64,000 nucleotides of DNA. Source: Dehalococcoidales bacterium. Its GTDB lineage: Bacteria; Chloroflexota; Dehalococcoidia; Dehalococcoidales; RBG-16-60-22. A program made the position numbers and the translations under genes. This document shows positions 20,611 to 29,377 of this stretch, piece after piece. The DNA lies in assembly GCA_034414775.1 (NCBI GenBank), contig DAOULX010000042.1, forward strand, positions 3,590 through 67,589, read 5' to 3'. A model generated the notes under the pieces. It was not told the DNA's origin. It ran no database searches and was given only the letters and a program-made list of their open reading frames with translations. How positions within the stretch are numbered: the first letter of the stretch is position 1; every line of letters begins with the position of its first letter.

Positions 20611-20876
20611 GGTTTCTCCTTGACCGGTCTGAACTTTTCTAGAATACCTGCCTTTCCTAGGAGTCTGGCAGAAGTATCTGTTGGCTTGGCTCCCTGAGTC
20701 AACCAGTGCAGTGCCTTGTCCTCCTGGATGACTATTGTCTCCGGTTCGGTCATGGGGTCATAATGACCGATTATGTCCACAAAGGCACCATCACGAGGTG
20801 CCCTGATATCGGCGACCACCAGCCGGTAGCTGGGCTTTTTCTTGGCTCCGACACGCCGTAGTCTTATTCTGAGCAT
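20607..20876 (-). CDS. rpsP: 30S ribosomal protein S16
   Basis: MLRIRLRRVGAKKKPSYRLVVAD is the S16 N-terminal signature. Confidence 0.95.
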   Translation of the reverse strand: MLRIRLRRVGAKKKPSYRLVVADIRAPRDGAFVDIIGHYDPMTEPETIVIQEDKALHWLTQGAKPTDTSARLLGKAGILEKFRPVKEKP

Positions 20877-21084
20877 TATTCGCCTTCTTCTATTTTGTAT
20901 TGATTCTTATACGTCCCCTATTATGCAACATAATATTATACCTGTCAATGGTAGTCTTCGGATATTTGATTTAGCGGCCGTTCGGGTGCGGACCGGACCA
21001 TGGTATAGCAATCAGGCTACTGCCCCTGCTATAATAGTCCCTGAGTTGTAACGGGGACTGGCCGGGCCGGCTCGAGGAGTAGAT

Positions 21085-21357
21085 ATGGAGACCAAGGAGT
21101 ACAAGGTAATTATACGTCTGGTGGGCAACCGCAGCCCGTGTCACATCGGCCATAAGGTCGGCGACTAGTGGATTTTCGATTCCATGGCTCCCGAGGGCAT
21201 GTGCGGCCTGGCTTTCAACGCCATCTATCCGGCCGCCCTGGCACTCCAGTACGGGGCCACGTTTCCCTGGCAGACGGACCCGGATGTCGTTGTCCTTACC
21301 TGTCCGGATGCCGATGTTAATAACGTCTTCGAGTTGAGGCGTGTACCCAAAAAATGA
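21085..21357 (+). pseudogene. TIGR04076-family protein gene with an in-frame TAG
   Basis: The translation is METKEYKVIIRLVGNRSPCHIGHKVGD, then TAG at 21166-21168, then WIFDSMAPEGMCGLAFNAIYPAALALQYGATFPWQTDPDVVVLTCPDADVNNVFELRRVPKK in one frame. The stop sits where family members usually have Glu, which is consistent with GAG->TAG. Confidence 0.55.
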
Positions 21358-21401
21358 GACTGGCGTGTCAATCCAGTCGCACGGGGAAAGGGGGACATGG
21401 T

Positions 21402-22187
21402 ATGCGGATTAAGAGACTGGCACTTTGCCTGTTGATGTTGGCTAACTTTCCTGTAGTCGGCTTGATCACCGGGTGTACCGTAGTCACTGGCTCCGGCGAG
21501 ACAGTGACCTGGGAGATGGACTTCGCGGATTTCACCAAGATCGATGCCGGTTACTCTTTCGATATCGAGGTCATGCAAGCCGATACGTTTCTGGTTATTA
21601 TCACCATCGATGAAGCCTTGAATGAGTACCTTAAAGTTGACCAGCGGGGAGATACGTTGCGTATCGGCCTGGAGCCGGGCACCGTTTATACCAATACCCG
21701 GCAAGAGGCCACTATCAATCTGCCGGATTTACGCCGCCTGGAGCTTTCCGGTGCCTCCAGGGCTACGGTCAGCGGATTCTCAACGTCTCACTCGGTGGAC
21801 TATGAACTCTCCGGGGCCAGCAATCTGGAACTTAACGATATAAAGGCCGGTGATACCAGCCTGAATCTTTCCGGAGCCAGCGAGGCAACGGGCACCATCG
21901 CTATGGATCGAGGGGAGTTCGATGCTTCCGGGGCGAGCCGGATTGAGCTGGAAGGCTCGGCCAGTAACATCAATATAGATGGTTCGGGCGCCAGTGAGTT
22001 ACAGCTGGCTGACTTCCCGGTTACCGATGCCGCCATATCCCTGTCTGGCGCCAGTCGCGCCGTCGTTCGCCTTGATGGCCGCATCGACCTGGACTTGAGC
22101 GGTGCTTCCAAAGTGGAATATATCGGCAATCCCCGGCTGGGTAGTATTAATATGTCCGGCGGTTCCAAGGTGGACCAGTGGAAATAG
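21402..22187 (+). CDS. Lipoprotein with DUF2807 / GIN (putative adhesin head) beta-helix repeats
   Basis: A lipobox signal MRIKRLALCLLMLANFPVVGLITGC is followed by the repeated LSGAS/GSGAS motif. The start is taken at the signal-peptide Met rather than the ORF-track 21354. Confidence 0.75.
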   Translation: MRIKRLALCLLMLANFPVVGLITGCTVVTGSGETVTWEMDFADFTKIDAGYSFDIEVMQADTFLVIITIDEALNEYLKVDQRGDTLRIGLEPGTVYTNTRQEATINLPDLRRLELSGASRATVSGFSTSHSVDYELSGASNLELNDIKAGDTSLNLSGASEATGTIAMDRGEFDASGASRIELEGSASNINIDGSGASELQLADFPVTDAAISLSGASRAVVRLDGRIDLDLSGASKVEYIGNPRLGSINMSGGSKVDQWK

Positions 22188-22220
22188 GACCGGGGAACAG
22201 TCACAAGGAGGAAACATGCG

Positions 22221-22505
22221 ATGAAAATGACCGAAGAGCAGATCTACGAACAAGCCAGGAAACGCGTCGAGGAAAAACGCGGTTTTTTCAGCCACCTTGC
22301 GGCGTATGTGATCGTCAATATCATCCTTTTCCTTATCTGGTATTTCACCGACAGCGACTTCCCCTGGTTCATCTTTCCCCTTGGCGGTTGGGGCATCGGA
22401 GTTCTGTTTCATTTCCTGGGGGTCTTTGTGTTCGACCCGTTAAGGAGCCAGGGCGCCGTAGAGAAGGAAGCCGATAAAATAAGGAAACAGCAAGGGCAGC
22501 CCTGA
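22221..22505 (+). CDS. 2TM-domain membrane protein
   Basis: The N-terminal pattern EQARKRVEEKRGFFSHLAAYVIVNIILFLIWY and a second TM segment are typical of the 2TM family. Confidence 0.7.
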   Translation: MKMTEEQIYEQARKRVEEKRGFFSHLAAYVIVNIILFLIWYFTDSDFPWFIFPLGGWGIGVLFHFLGVFVFDPLRSQGAVEKEADKIRKQQGQP

Positions 22506-22545
22506 ACCGGTTGTCTCTGTACCTGGTTTAGATGGTTTACTTCAC

Positions 22546-22782
22546 CTATACTGGTTTCCTCAGCAGTATGGTAAGTATTAACGTGTTCCGGGAAATGGTA
22601 ATGTTGTGAGAGACGACCTCCCATTCCGGCGGGATGGATTCGGGAAGATGACTCAAAACATCGTTGATCGTCCGTGTAAATCCTTCCTGGTCTTCGAGGC
22701 GGGAAAAATGGGGGAAACGCCCGGCCTCTTCAGGGCTGAGGTATTCCACGAGTGCTTTGTATTCGTAAGGATGGCTGTTCAT
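22546..22782 (-). CDS. Hypothetical protein
   Basis: The ATG at 22782 is preceded by GGGAGG. The 78-aa product has no recognisable family. The longer ORF-track start (22908) lacks an RBS and would overlap the divergent gene. Confidence 0.4.
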   Translation of the reverse strand: MNSHPYEYKALVEYLSPEEAGRFPHFSRLEDQEGFTRTINDVLSHLPESIPPEWEVVSHNITISRNTLILTILLRKPV

Positions 22783-22895
22783 GATGACCTCCCGAACAGG
22801 CTCTTCCCGAGGCGCCTTCATGAAGGGCACAGGATAATTCTCACATCGCGGGGGAAAAATTGTCAAGCGGGGGTGGTTGCGAAGGAGGGGTATAA

Positions 22896-25800
22896 TTGAA
22901 TATGACAAACCCGGAGGTTGACAAAGATATGGCGTTAACCGGCAAGGTAATAATCGATACAGGGGAAATCGATGCGGTGATTCTTGATATGGATGGTGTC
23001 ATCACCCAGACCGCTGACATCCATGCCGCTGCCTGGAAAGAGCTTTTCGACGAGTACCTGAAAACCCGGGCGGACCGTTCCGGGGAGAAGTACCGGCCGT
23101 TCGAAATCGATCCCGATTATTTCCAGTACGTTGACGGGAAACCCCGTGATGACGGCGTGAAAAGCTTCCTGGAATCCCGCGGCATGTCTATCCCGCTGGG
23201 GGGAAAAGCTGATTCTGAAGACCAGGAGACTGTCCGGGGGTTGGGTAGCCGAAAAAACCGGTATTTTCTCGAGCAACTGAGGCAGGAGGGAGCCACTGCT
23301 TTCCAGTCTTCGGTGGATTTTGTAAAAGAGCTCAAAGCTCTCGGCATTTACGTGGCGGTAATATCGGCCAGCCGGAACGCCGAGGAGGTATTACGGTCTG
23401 CCGGGGTACTCGACCTGTTTGACGTCAAGGTTGACGGCGTTGACGCCGGTGAACTCAGGTTAAAGGGTAAGCCCAATCCGGCTATATTCCTGGAGGCCGC
23501 CAGGCGGCTGAATGTCCGGCCGGACCGGGCGGCCGTGGTCGAAGATGCCATAGCCGGTGTCCAGGCTGGCCGAAGGGGTAACTTCAAGCTTGTCATTGGA
23601 GTCGACCGTACCGGGCAGGAGGAAAACCTCCGGGAAAATGGCGCCGATGTAGTCGTGGCGGACCTGTCCTGGCTTGGTATCAAACAACCGACCCGCCCGA
23701 AGTCATTCGGCCGCCCGCTGAACAGCCTTCCATCTGCCCTGGAACGGAGAGAAGAAATTTTCGCCCGGCTGAGTGAAAAGAGTCCCGCAATTTTCCTTGA
23801 CTTCGATGGTACGCTGGCACCAAGAGTTAAAGCCCCGGCCGAGGTGGTTCTTTCCGGGAAGACCCGGCAGGTCATCAAACACTTGGGCAGACACTATTCG
23901 GTTGCCGTTGTCAGCGGACGTGATCTGGATGACATTCGTAAACTGGTCGATATCAATGACATCGCCTACGCGGGTGGTCATGGAATAGACATTTCCGGCC
24001 CGGGTAACGCCTTCCGGAGAGAGGAACGCGGTAAAGAGTTCCTGCCGGCACTCACCCGCGCCGAGAAAGAATTACGCGGGGCACTCAAACGTATCAAGGG
24101 GATAAAGATTGAACGTAAACACTTCAGCGTTTCCGTTGATTATTGCCGGGTCAATGAGGCTGACCTGGGTACATTCAAGGAGAGGCTTGACGGGGTGGCC
24201 TCAAATAATCCAAGGTTGAAAAAGACCGCCGGTGAAATGTTGTTTGAGCTGACGCCCAAAATCGATTGGAACAAGGGCAAGGCTGTCTTAGCCCTGATGG
24301 ACGTATTATATGCGGACAGCAGTAAGATTACGCCTCTTTATATTGGCGAGGATACCGCCGATGAAAAGGCTTTCCGCGCCATGGGGGAACGGGGTATCGG
24401 CATCGCCGTTGGTAAGGGGCGCCGCCGGACCCTGGCGCATTACCGGCTGCACGATCCGGATGAGGTCAGGGAGTTTCTGGCAGGACTGGGGGCGCTGGCG
24501 GAAAAGAAGGTCTCTCGAGGCATCTGGTCGCTTGTTTTCGATGGTTTCGTTCCCGAGGAAGAAGGGTTGAGAGAGGCCCTGTGCACGCTGGGTAACGGCT
24601 ATTTCGCCACCCGTGGCGCTGCTCCCGAGTCTAAGGCAGACGCGGTTCACTATCCAGGCACCTATGTCGCGGGATGCTTTAACCGGCTGACCAGCAAGAT
24701 AGCTGGCAAGAAAATCGAGAATGAAAGCATGGTGAACCTCCCGAACTGGCTGCCGCTGTCGCTGCGTTTCAACGACGGCGCCTGGTTCGATGTTGAGAAG
24801 GTCCAGGTGCTGGAATACGAGCAGGAGCTCGACCTGAGACGGGGCGTCCTGAACCGGCGGATACGCTTTGCCGATGAGCAAGGCCGCCGGACACGCCTGC
24901 TGCAACGCCGTTTTGTCAGCATGGCCGATCCTCATCTGGCAGGGATAGAGACCACCATCGTCGCGGAAAACTGGTCGGGGCAGTTATCGGTCAGATCGGC
25001 GCTTGACGGGACGGTAACCAACGACGGCGTGGCCCGCTACCGGCAACTGGATTGTCAGCATCTAGTACCGCTGGAATGCTCCCGCATCAATAACGAGACG
25101 ATATTACTGCAAGTGGAGACATATCATTCGCACATCCGGATTGCCGAAGCGGCACGAACGAGATTGTTCCTTGACGCCACCCAGCTCACTCTGGAACCCG
25201 CGACTATAGAAGACAAGGGCTTTATCGCCCAGGAGTTCAGCATCCCTGTAAAGACGGGGGGGCAGATAAGCGTTGAAAAGATAATATCTTTATATACGTC
25301 TCGGGATTCGGCTATTTCGGAGAGTGGTGAAGCCGCCCGGGAATCCGTGGCACGTGCCCCGGGCTTTGAGGGGCTTCTGGAACGCCACGTGATGAGCTGG
25401 GCTAACCTCTGGAACCGGAGCCGTATCGCCATCGAAAACGGCGAGCGTGTGGCCATGATCCTGCACCTGCATATCTTTCACTTATTGCAGACGGTTTCGC
25501 CCAATAGCATCGGTCTTGACGTGGGTGTACCGCCGAGGGGCCTCCACGGCGAGGCTTATCGCGGCCATATCTTCTGGGATGAGCTGTTTATATTTCCATT
25601 TTTAAACCTGAGCATTCCGGATATCACCCGCTCGCTGCTGTTGTACCGTTACCGGCGCCTGCCGGAAGCACGCTGGGCGGCCGCCCGGGCCGGGTTCCGG
25701 GGGGCGTTGTACCCGTGGCAGAGCGGCAGCGACGGACGGGAGGAGAGCCAGACACTCCATCTGAATCCCCGCTCGGGGCGATGGCTACCCGACAACTCAC

Positions 25801-26942
25801 ACCTGCAAAGGCATATCAATATCGCTATCGCCTATAATATCTGGCTTTACTACCAGGTGACCGGCGATGTCGATTTTCTCTCTTACTATGGAGTGGAGAT
25901 GCTCGTCGAAATCGGGCGGTTCTTCGCCAGCATCGCCACATACAATCGCACGCTGGACCGTTACGAGATCCGCCGGGTCATGGGTCCTGACGAATACCAC
26001 GATTCTTATCCGAACGCCAGCGAACCCGGCATCGACAATAACGCCTATACCAATGTAATGACGGTCTGGCTGCTCTGCCGGATCCTGGAAGCACTTGATA
26101 TAATCCCCCCGGATAGGAAGGAGTCACTCCAGGATAAACTGGATCTTAGACGCCAGGAGCTGGAGCATTGGGATGACATCAGCCGTAAAATGCGGATCGT
26201 CTTCCATGACGGCGGTATCATAAGCCAGTTTGAGGGCTATGATGCTCTTGAGGAGTTCGATTGGAAAGGCTACGAAAAGAAGTACGGTAAAATCGAGCGC
26301 CTCGACCGTATCCTCGAGGCGGAAGACGATACTCCCAACCGGTACAAAGTCTCTAAGCAGGCCGATGTGCTAATGTTGTTTTACCTGCTTTCATCCGATG
26401 AACTGCGGGAGCTGTTCGGCCGGCTTAACTATCCCTTTGAATATGAGACCATTCCCAGGAACATCGATTATTACCTTCATCGTACTTCCCATGGCTCTAC
26501 TTTGAGCCGATTGGTGCATGCCTGGGTACTGGCCCGCTCCAAACGTGAACTTTCCTGGCACCTTTTCAAGGAGGCCCTGGAGAGCGATGTTTCCGATATT
26601 CAGGGCGGTACGACGATGGAGGGTATTCATCTCGGTGCCATGGCGGGGACGGTAGACCTGGTGCAGCGCTGTTTCACCGGGATCGAAACCCGCCGGGACA
26701 AGCTGCAGTTAAACCCGGTGCTACCAAACGAGCTCAAAGACATCCAGTTCGATATTGTGTTCCGTCGGCAGCATCTCAACCTTCAATTTACCCATAACCG
26801 GCTGATTATCAAGGGACAGCCGGGTGAAGTGTCACCGGTCAGGATTGGCTTCGGAAACCTGGAAACCGATCTCAAACCTGGTGAGACCATGGAATTCAAG
26901 CTTCCGGATCCCTTGGCGAACCCTGATGATCTTACCAGGTAG
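22896..26942 (+). CDS. Tri-domain fusion: beta-phosphoglucomutase-like HAD + trehalose-phosphatase-like HAD + GH65 glycoside phosphorylase
   Basis: Domain 1 has DAVILDMDGVIT...KGKPNP...VEDAIAGVQAG. Domain 2 has AIFLDFDGTLAP...VSGRD...GEDTADE. The C-terminal roughly 780 aa have a GH65 pattern (HIFWDELFIFPF, GPDEYH, QADVLML). The architecture is that of mycobacterial OtsB1-like proteins. Confidence 0.85.
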   Translation: MNMTNPEVDKDMALTGKVIIDTGEIDAVILDMDGVITQTADIHAAAWKELFDEYLKTRADRSGEKYRPFEIDPDYFQYVDGKPRDDGVKSFLESRGMSIPLGGKADSEDQETVRGLGSRKNRYFLEQLRQEGATAFQSSVDFVKELKALGIYVAVISASRNAEEVLRSAGVLDLFDVKVDGVDAGELRLKGKPNPAIFLEAARRLNVRPDRAAVVEDAIAGVQAGRRGNFKLVIGVDRTGQEENLRENGADVVVADLSWLGIKQPTRPKSFGRPLNSLPSALERREEIFARLSEKSPAIFLDFDGTLAPRVKAPAEVVLSGKTRQVIKHLGRHYSVAVVSGRDLDDIRKLVDINDIAYAGGHGIDISGPGNAFRREERGKEFLPALTRAEKELRGALKRIKGIKIERKHFSVSVDYCRVNEADLGTFKERLDGVASNNPRLKKTAGEMLFELTPKIDWNKGKAVLALMDVLYADSSKITPLYIGEDTADEKAFRAMGERGIGIAVGKGRRRTLAHYRLHDPDEVREFLAGLGALAEKKVSRGIWSLVFDGFVPEEEGLREALCTLGNGYFATRGAAPESKADAVHYPGTYVAGCFNRLTSKIAGKKIENESMVNLPNWLPLSLRFNDGAWFDVEKVQVLEYEQELDLRRGVLNRRIRFADEQGRRTRLLQRRFVSMADPHLAGIETTIVAENWSGQLSVRSALDGTVTNDGVARYRQLDCQHLVPLECSRINNETILLQVETYHSHIRIAEAARTRLFLDATQLTLEPATIEDKGFIAQEFSIPVKTGGQISVEKIISLYTSRDSAISESGEAARESVARAPGFEGLLERHVMSWANLWNRSRIAIENGERVAMILHLHIFHLLQTVSPNSIGLDVGVPPRGLHGEAYRGHIFWDELFIFPFLNLSIPDITRSLLLYRYRRLPEARWAAARAGFRGALYPWQSGSDGREESQTLHLNPRSGRWLPDNSHLQRHINIAIAYNIWLYYQVTGDVDFLSYYGVEMLVEIGRFFASIATYNRTLDRYEIRRVMGPDEYHDSYPNASEPGIDNNAYTNVMTVWLLCRILEALDIIPPDRKESLQDKLDLRRQELEHWDDISRKMRIVFHDGGIISQFEGYDALEEFDWKGYEKKYGKIERLDRILEAEDDTPNRYKVSKQADVLMLFYLLSSDELRELFGRLNYPFEYETIPRNIDYYLHRTSHGSTLSRLVHAWVLARSKRELSWHLFKEALESDVSDIQGGTTMEGIHLGAMAGTVDLVQRCFTGIETRRDKLQLNPVLPNELKDIQFDIVFRRQHLNLQFTHNRLIIKGQPGEVSPVRIGFGNLETDLKPGETMEFKLPDPLANPDDLTR

Positions 26943-26984
26943 TACGAGCAGAGGTAGAGCCACTTAATCGGAAATCCGAGTTGT

Positions 26985-27013
26985 TTGACGATGCCATATT
27001 ATTGGGGCATAAT
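26985..27013 (+). promoter_or_regulatory. Sigma70-type promoter for tRNA-Ser
   Basis: TTGACG-N17-CATAAT ends 13 nt before the tRNA 5' end. Confidence 0.45.
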
Positions 27014-27026
27014 GGGTACGGCATCG

Positions 27027-27113
27027 GGAGGGGTGTCCGAGTGGCCTATGGTGACGGTCTTGAAAACCGTTGTCGGTGCAAGCCGACCGCGGGTTCGAAT
27101 CCCGCCCCCTCCG
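27027..27113 (+). tRNA. tRNA-Ser (anticodon UGA)
   Basis: Manual fold of GGAGGGGTGTCCGAGTGGCC...ACGGTCTTGAAAACCGT...long variable arm...GCGGGTTCGAATCCCGCCCCCTCCG. No CCA is encoded. Confidence 0.9.
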
Positions 27114-27309
27114 CTTCGGTTGTAAAGACGTGTTGGGTTTTAGAAACACAACAATATTGTTCGTGGCCGGGTTTGGTTCAGTTGTCCGTAACTATGAGGC
27201 GAGCCACCGGCTCTATGCCGAGGTGTTCGGTCCCCTTCAAAGAGTTTGAGAACGATTACTATTATAATCATCAATAAACATCGAATTCTGTGTGACCGAG
27301 TCGTTCCTA

Positions 27310-27655
27310 ATGATTAACGACCCGCATACCCGCGATTTCGACCAGTTACTGGCTTTCCAGAACGCCGATGCCACCCGCGTCAACGTTTCGACGCGGAGGT
27401 CTGGCTCTACCTGGGTCCCGAGGGCGAGCAGGAAAAACTGGTAATCACGGAGTCCTGTTTTGTCCACGTCCCCGCAGGGATGGTCCACACCCCTTGGAGT
27501 TCAAAATAATCCTCAAACCGATTGTGTTTATGGACTCCGCACTGACCACTGCGTACGTACGCAAGCCGGAAGACCCGGATGAGCCAATTGTGAGGGATGA
27601 GAACCGGAGCCTGCCAGGTAAAGAGAGCGGAGATTGGAAAAACTGCTCCTTTTAA
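27310..27655 (+). pseudogene. Decayed cupin-like gene split over three frames
   Basis: The translation reads MINDPHTRDFDQLLAFQNADATRVN in frame 1, FDAEVWLYLGPEGEQEKLVITESCFVHVPAGMVHTP in a second frame, and LEFKIILKPIVFMDSALTTAYVRKPEDPDEP in a third. Together they form one contiguous cupin-like sequence, which implies two frameshifts. Confidence 0.5.
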
Positions 27656-27736
27656 TTAAGGCTGATGTTTTTCAGGACGAGGGTATGACTTGCTACTTTT
27701 ACGTCTCACTTGGCGCGGGGTGCTCTGGATATGGTC

Positions 27737-28144
27737 TCAGGCCTCTTCTTCAGGCCACTTCCAGGCGAACCAGGTGATTAAGAATGCGAATATAATCCCT
27801 AAAATGAAAATCAGCCAGTGAGCGATGGGCACTGCTTCTCCCGCCGTTAGGCGACTGATTAATTCATAAATATAAAATAGCGTAAAAATAGTCCCTAGGA
27901 CGAAATTTAGCCACTTTGATTTGTTCAAGGTCAAACATAGTACCGCTATTACCAGAGGAATCAACCATATGAGAGCATAGATAATCATCCTCTGGTCAGT
28001 AAGCTGTCCTCCTTTGAAATTGCCGGACATCATTTCCTCTAATGTGCCCGGCATCATTAAACTTATAAACCACCCTGCCGTAAAACCTATGGTCATAGAG
28101 ACCCAAAGTACGGAAAGCCTCGTTTTACATCTCAGGATTTCCAT
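27737..28144 (-). CDS. Hypothetical 4-TM membrane protein
   Basis: 135 aa with four hydrophobic segments. No family was recognised. Confidence 0.55.
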   Translation of the reverse strand: MEILRCKTRLSVLWVSMTIGFTAGWFISLMMPGTLEEMMSGNFKGGQLTDQRMIIYALIWLIPLVIAVLCLTLNKSKWLNFVLGTIFTLFYIYELISRLTAGEAVPIAHWLIFILGIIFAFLITWFAWKWPEEEA

Positions 28145-28162
28145 AATTGGTCACCTCCTTGC

Positions 28163-28873
28163 TTATAAAAGCCCGTTCCGTTTCAGGCTTATATAGTTAT
28201 TACCGCCGATGATTATGTGGTCCAGCACCTCTATCCCCACTATTTCTCCGGCCTCGTTCAGTCTTTTCGTCAACCGGATATCATCTTCTGATGCCTCGGT
28301 ATCGCCGGAAGGGTGATTATGAACAAAAATCACCGAGGCGGCGCTCGCGGATATCGCTTCTTTGAACACCTCTCTGGGATGGACAATACTGCTGTCCAGT
28401 GAGCCGATGGACACCTCGGCCACACGGATGAGCCGGTTCCTCGTATCCAGCAGAATTGCCAGGAAATATTCTTTCTTTTTATCTTTCAGCCGTCCCTGCA
28501 CGAGGGCGGCGGCGTCTTCCGGCGTTTTAATGATTGCCTGACTACCGGGATCCTCAGTGCCATCTACCCGGTTGGCAAGGTCCACCGCCGCCTTGATCTG
28601 GGAGGCCTTAGCGATGCCGATGCCCCTGACCCCGGCCAGCTCCTCAAGTGACGCCCGGGCGACACCTTTCAGACCCCCGAACCGGCTGAGCAGTCTTTGG
28701 GCAGTCACCATCACCGATTCGCCGGAGATTCCCCTCCCCAGTATCACGGCCAGCAATTCCTGGGCGGAAAGGGCTTCAACTCCCAGTCTCTGGAGCCTCT
28801 CCCGCGGCCGGTCGGCAGCCGGCAGGTCGTGTATCGTCAGCGAGCTTTTTTCAACCCGGTGAGGTTTTTCCAT
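28163..28873 (-). CDS. radC: RadC-family (JAB/MPN) protein
   Basis: An HhH region (LSAQELLAVILGRG) and the JAMM motif HNHPSGD are present. The start is taken at Met31 of the ORF-track ORF to give family-typical length. Confidence 0.85.
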   Translation of the reverse strand: MEKPHRVEKSSLTIHDLPAADRPRERLQRLGVEALSAQELLAVILGRGISGESVMVTAQRLLSRFGGLKGVARASLEELAGVRGIGIAKASQIKAAVDLANRVDGTEDPGSQAIIKTPEDAAALVQGRLKDKKKEYFLAILLDTRNRLIRVAEVSIGSLDSSIVHPREVFKEAISASAASVIFVHNHPSGDTEASEDDIRLTKRLNEAGEIVGIEVLDHIIIGGNNYISLKRNGLL

Positions 28874-29146
28874 ATCAGCCCAGTCTATCACCCCTGGCTT
28901 ATCGCTGGCAAGCCATCTGTCATCACGAGAATATCCCGAGAAGGCTAGGAATCGTCGTATCAATCCTCCCTATCTTATAAACCCGGTTCCGTTCTTTATA
29001 CCCGATAAAAGTACTGGGTACAGCCCACCAGTTGATTTGAAGGTGAGTTAATTTGAGAATCAGGGCTGACCAGATTCAAAAGCTTCCCCATAACGAATAT
29101 TATCAAGATGGCTGATATTCCGAACCGAAGGGGATTTGAGAAAAAC

Positions 29147-29377
29147 ATGCTCTGTGTGATACGTACCAAGAGTTGCAAAAGATGCGGGGGAGACCTCTCA
29201 TTGGAAAGTGATGTCTACGGCGTCTATATCCAGTGCATCCAGTGTGGCGCCAGCTATAACAAAGATAACCTGCCGCCGGCGGCCCTTCAGTCTCAAAAGG
29301 CTCTGAGAGCTGTCAAAGCTCCACCCTGGGCGGTTACGACTCTTCACCCATCGAAGCCCGCAGGTAAGCATCTATAA
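29147..29377 (+). CDS. Small zinc-ribbon hypothetical protein
   Basis: MLCVIRTKSCKRCGGDL...CIQCGA contains two CxxC pairs, with the RBS-like AAGGGGA upstream. The 3' end overlaps convergent prfB by 44 nt, so the call is tentative. Confidence 0.35.
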   Translation: MLCVIRTKSCKRCGGDLSLESDVYGVYIQCIQCGASYNKDNLPPAALQSQKALRAVKAPPWAVTTLHPSKPAGKHL

